A stretch of 64,000 nucleotides of DNA from Raja brachyura (lineage: Eukaryota). Below are positions 59,150 to 64,000 of this stretch, piece after piece. The stretch covers positions 14,880,001 to 14,944,000 of the forward strand of contig OY740818.1 in the NCBI GenBank assembly GCA_963514005.1. The letters run 5' to 3'. Numbering within the stretch: position 1 is the stretch's first letter; each line of letters starts with the position of its first letter. The translations under genes were made by a program, and so were the position numbers. The notes under the pieces are model-generated. The model saw nothing but the letters and a program-made list of their open reading frames with translations. It was not told where the DNA came from and made no database searches.

Positions 59150-59565
59150 TGGCAGATGCTATCATGAGCAAACATAAAAGTGCTGGTGGAACTCAGCGAG
59201 TTAGGCAGCATCTGTGAAGGGAAATGGATAAACAACATTTTGTGCCAGGACCCTTTTCAGAGTCTAAAGACAGGTTCCGACTTGGTGGCATCTGTCCGTT
59301 TCCCTCCACAGATGCCATCTGACCTGCTGTGTTCCTCTGGCTCTTTTCTGTTTGCTCAAGATTCCAGAATCTGCTGTACTCAGATGCTGGTTAATACACA
59401 AAAGGACACAAAGTGCTGGAGTAACTCAGCCGGTCAGGAACACGGATAGGTGATGTTCCGGGTCAAGTCTAAAGATGGGTCATGAAACATCACTTATTCA
59501 TGTTCTCCAGAGATGTTGCCTGACCTGTTGAGCTCCTGCTGACCTCCAGCACTGCATGTCCTTTG
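59150..59565. mobile_element. Two adjacent degenerate fold-back PLE-repeat elements
   Basis: Inverted arms at about 59150-59375 and 59400-59565. Confidence 0.65.
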
Positions 59566-60154
59566 CATCAAAACTTCCTAGCTCGACCATGCCTTTTTGT
59601 ACTGATATGTCAGTTTAGCCGTATGAATGCTAATTGACAGCCTGCTCTGATAATCAAGTCATGGTGATTCTGTGTGTCCTGCCACGCTCCTGCCCAAATC
59701 CTCATATGCTCAATATTGAAAAAGTTTGAATTTATACGTATATAAATGTATAAACCAAGATTAAGCAATCACTGTCCTCGAAGATAGAGAATATCAGAGA
59801 TTTACTTTCCAATGAAAGTACAATATTTGTCTTACATGTCCAACTTGAGACTTCCCCAACTTCAATATTCTGTAAATGTAGCACAAAGTCCCTGGAAGAA
59901 ACAGTATCACAACATCTATTCTGCCATTCCCTTTCAGGATCTTGCATGTTAATAACATATTTTATTGTTATAAGCTTCATCACATATTGGCCAATCTTCC
60001 TTAATTGCAACTTCACAGTAACTGATCACTGAAGACACAAATCATATGCAGAACAGTAAATCATTTCAGTAATAGGTTTTAGGAACACAGTTATAATTTA
60101 GGAAGCACAGATTAATCTTTCTTCACTTGACAGTCCACCAAAATCACCTCCGGT

Positions 60155-60236
60155 AGACACAAAATGTTAAACTCAGCTGAGTTGCTCCAGCATTTTGTGT
60201 CATATTTGGCATAAACCAGCATCAGTTCATTTTTAT
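60155..60236. mobile_element. Very short fold-back PLE-repeat element
   Basis: gacacaaaatg..aactcag|ctgagtt..cattttgtgtc; flanks tccaccaaaatcacctccggt / tccactaaaatcactccggt. Confidence 0.75.
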
Positions 60237-61834
60237 TCCACTAAAATCACTCCGGTCTTTGCACACTGAATTCAGAACAAAACTTGGTCAAATGTGTTTT
60301 ATTCCAACCATTCATGCTCACTTTTGAGCAAAGAGAGGACACACAGTAATCAGCTGCATTTACCACAAGGCATTTTGGATTATCCTTAAAAGAAACTTAG
60401 TTCCTGGACTTTGCTCACCTTCCACGTGATCTAGACGAGGCAACAAATTATAATTTGTTTCAACATCGTTCTAAAGTCCTATGTGGTTTAATTATCACCA
60501 AGTAGTTTAATTTTACATTATCTTCTCAGATATCTGTTCAAAATTAATAATCAGTTCATAGTCGTCATAAGATATGATATAACTTTATTTGTCTACTCCT
60601 CCCTGGGATAAATAAAGTTCTATCGTATCCTGTGAAGACTGCAGTGTACTCACTGCAGAGTACTCAATGGACAAATATTTAAAAAAAACTCAAAACAGAC
60701 AACTTGGATGAGGAGAAAAGCCCTCTGACAAAAAAAAAGTTAAAACATTCACAGGGTATGACAAATGGAAAGCTCTGTCGCCAACCATAAAGGAAAAGCA
60801 GAGGTATGAGTCGAAATGAAGGGCAAAAGGTAATTGACACCAATGCAATGTGGCCATATTAGCATTAGAAGACCACGCACTAGTAAACAATGTACTGCAG
60901 GACAAAGAACTGACATGGGTCAAAATATTTAGCAGCTATTGGTAAGAAGTTAATGGGTGATAGAACGTGGGAGAAACTGCTGAAATGAGAGCAGAAGGCA
61001 TGCGAGAGGGCTGTTGAAATTGAGCCTTGAATTACCCAGCAAAGCCATGTATATTGACAACAAGGAATGGGGAAAGAATACTTCAGAGTAAAGATTATCT
61101 GAAAATGCAGAAGCCCCCAAAAAATGATTTTAGGATTTTAGATGTGGTTGGAATAGGATTTATGAAAGGGCTGAGAAAGCAGACTAAGTAGCCATATTCA
61201 AAATAAACTTGACAAGTGAATGGAAAATAACTGCATCTATATTTTTTCCCATAATAGGCAGCAACACAAACAATGCAACCACTTCATGATTCTGCCCAGA
61301 GTGATGGAGATAAAATACTAAAAGAAAAAATGCGAAGGTACATAGCTTTGAGCTGAATTTGCGGCTCAGTCTAGGAAGAAATACTCTCCCAAGTTATCCT
61401 GGGAAGTGATACAACAACAGTGATCTTTCAATCTGCTGCAAGAATCCTAAAGTAAAATACATTTTTTTCTCTTTATGCTCCAACAAGTCAGTGGAAATGG
61501 CAAGATATGTGTGCTGGAATATGCACATGAGACATCTGTAACCTACAAGATCAGGTGGGCACATGGGGAATGATCAAAACTGTAGTCCATTTAAAGATGC
61601 TACGCTATTACTGAGCTTGGCTTAATTCCAGTTTAGCAAATTTGAATTCATCCCCAACAGGCAATACTTGGATGCACAACAACTCAATGCAGCAGCATGG
61701 CAAAAAATCGCCAGCCTATTTACCACAATCACAAACATTCCAGTACACCTAACTGTGGTACAAATTTCTCATAAACCAACCACCAATAACTTAACAACTT
61801 GGTTGAATCTCATTAATGCTGTTTAAAGAGGAAA

Positions 61835-62720
61835 ATTGACAGTCAGGAAGCATATCCAAGTTTACAATGGGATCTTGGGTAGATACACCAAAGAAATGGA
61901 AAATGCAATTTAACTCTGGCATGAGTGAGTAGTTGCACTTTGGTATGTCAATCCAGAGCAGGATCTGTACAATAAGCCCTGGAAAACGTTGGAAAACAGA
62001 GAGATCAGCGAGTACAGGTGCACAGTTCCCTGAAAGTGGTAAGTCGTGTGAACAGGACAGTGAAGGCAACGTTTAGCATGCTTGCCTTCAATGGGAAGAA
62101 CACAGAGTACAAACGTTGTGACATCATAATGCAGCTGTACAAAACATGGGCGAGATTGCCTTTGGAGTACTATGCGCCGTTCTGATCACCTAGCTAAAGG
62201 AAGGATTTTATTAAGTTAGACAGGGAGCAGAAGACAATACACATATGTAACTGATGTAACACATATGTAACATATGTAACGTGGGCTTGAGTTATAGGGA
62301 GAGGTTGAAAAGGATGAGAGTTCCCTTTGGAGCGTAGGAGGCTGAACGATGACATTACTGAGGTGTACAAAATAATGCGCGGCATGGATCACATGAATGC
62401 TCATAGCTAATTTCCCCAGGGTAGAAGATTCAAATACTAGATGTCAAAGGCTTATGATGAGAGTAGAGAGATTTAAGTGGGTCATCAGCGGTAACTTTTT
62501 CCACTCAAAAGATTGGCCGTATCTGGAATGAATTGCCAGAGCAAGCTTTAGAAGCTAATGCAATAACAAATTCCAAACGCCTTCTTGACAAACATATGAT
62601 CAGAAGAGTTCATAGGGCTATGGGTCAAATATAGGCAAATGGGATGAGCCAAATGGTCCAAACATGGTCAGATTACACAAGGTGAGCCAAAGAGACAGTT
62701 TCTGCTGTATAGCTCAACAA
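61835..62720 (+). mobile_element. Old CR1-type LINE fragment
   Basis: Decayed colinearity with the CR1 ORF2 3' half (tgcactttgg, ttggagtac, ctggaatgaattgcca). Confidence 0.6.
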
Positions 62721-63109
62721 CTCAAACTATCCAGGAACAAGTGTCCTCAAGTGTGAACAAAATGCATCTCCAGAGGAGGTGTTGGCACTGATTAGTGGGC
62801 AACTCCCACATCAGAAGTCTGTGGATCCATATCCCACCTCAGATGTAGCTTCACCTGTAAATTAATGCATTACAAGGTGCTGACAACACCACTTCTCGAA
62901 CAATTCAGAAAAAACTGCCAATGCTGGAATCTTGAGCAAAAAAATAAAGGAAATCAAATGGATAGGTAGCATCTGTGGAGGGAATAGACAAATTATGTTT
63001 CTGGCCAGGACCTTTCTTCAGCTGGCCTTGAGTAAATAAAAGTGCAATCATAAAACCCTAACCTGACCGAGTAAAGCTAAACCAGAGGATACTACTCTTT
63101 AGGGAGTAG

Positions 63110-63886
63110 CACCACACTGCTAAATGAGCCTTCTGTCTGGTGAGGCATCCACTCAGCTTTCTTTTGGGTGAGCCTCCGTATTCAGCCTTCTGATCGGTCC
63201 TTCGATAAGCTCGGGTCTTGTCCAGCATACCTCATTGCAGACATTGAACTTTGTGTCCAGAAGTGCTACGATACAACACCGAGATCTATATTCTGCTCCC
63301 TGGACCCTGCTCATCATTCCATATTTTGTACTTGTACTTGCCGCAAGTCCTCACCTATCACCCTATCAGCCGTCGCTTACAGCATATAATCCTCCAACAT
63401 TTTTGCCAACTCCAACGGGATCCCACCACTCGTCACATCTTACCATCTCCGCCCCTTTCCACAGACAGTTACCTCCGCAACTGGTGAACTTGTCCATTCC
63501 CACCCAAATCACCGCCTCCCCAGGTACCTTCCCCTGCAACCATAGGAGGTGCTACGCCTGACCCTATACCTCCTCCCTCAACTCTGTCCAGGGACCGCAA
63601 CCGTCCTTTCAGGTAAGGAAGAGTTCATTTACACCTCCTCCAACCTCATCTACTGTATTCGCTGTCCCAGGTGTGGACTCCTATATCAGTGATGCCAAGT
63701 GCAGACTGGACGATCTATGTACCTCTTCATATCTCATCTCCCTCTCCCCTGACACTCAATCTGAAGGGCCTCAACCAGAAACATCATCTATTCCTTTTCT
63801 CCAGAGATGCTGTCTGACCCTCTGAGTTACACCGGCTTTTTGTGTCTATCTTGTGTGTAAACCAGCATCTGCAGTTCCTTCCTACA
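63110..63886 (+). mobile_element. Penelope-like element fragment
   Basis: GTFPCNHRRC and ctccaacctcatctactgtattcgctgtcccaggtgtggactcc (GIY-YIG start), ending in the terminal repeat. The 5' boundary is uncertain. Confidence 0.75.
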
Positions 63887-64000
63887 TGTTTTGCCTTGGT
63901 TATATGTGTATTGCATTATCTGATTTGATTGGATAGCATGCAAGCTGTCCACTGCACTTCATTAACGGGACAATTGTGCAGTTAAATCAACTCATCTCAT

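Noticed and set aside
58613-59167. 184-aa ORF
   Set aside because: No recognisable motif or exon boundaries; it runs into a repeat and is probably a chance ORF.

Overview
Vertebrate genomic DNA, most likely a cartilaginous fish (skate/ray/shark, inferred from HE1/V-type SINEs and CR1-like LINEs). Two convergent genes are present: the last two coding exons of an NDNF-family gene (+, 356-3146) and the complete coding region of SEC24C (-, 12465-54198). I reconstructed SEC24C by hand as 22 exons (1103 aa) plus a 69-nt in-frame cassette exon at 40914-40982 (1126 aa); its promoter was not found in the window. Introns and intergenic DNA are full of mobile elements: CR1, L1/Tx1 and Rex1/Babar LINE fragments, tRNA-derived SINEs, nested PIF/Harbinger-type MITEs and Penelope-like elements (PLEs) with GIY-YIG remnants. 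Most notable are (1) a minimal hammerhead-ribozyme motif in the PLE terminal repeat, spread as many short solo or fold-back insertions with 9-20 bp target-site duplications, and (2) a GC-rich non-autonomous retroelement with a variable core closed by a conserved helix and a Rex1/Babar-like tail. All alignments were made by eye, repeat boundaries are approximate, and novelty cannot be established without database searches.
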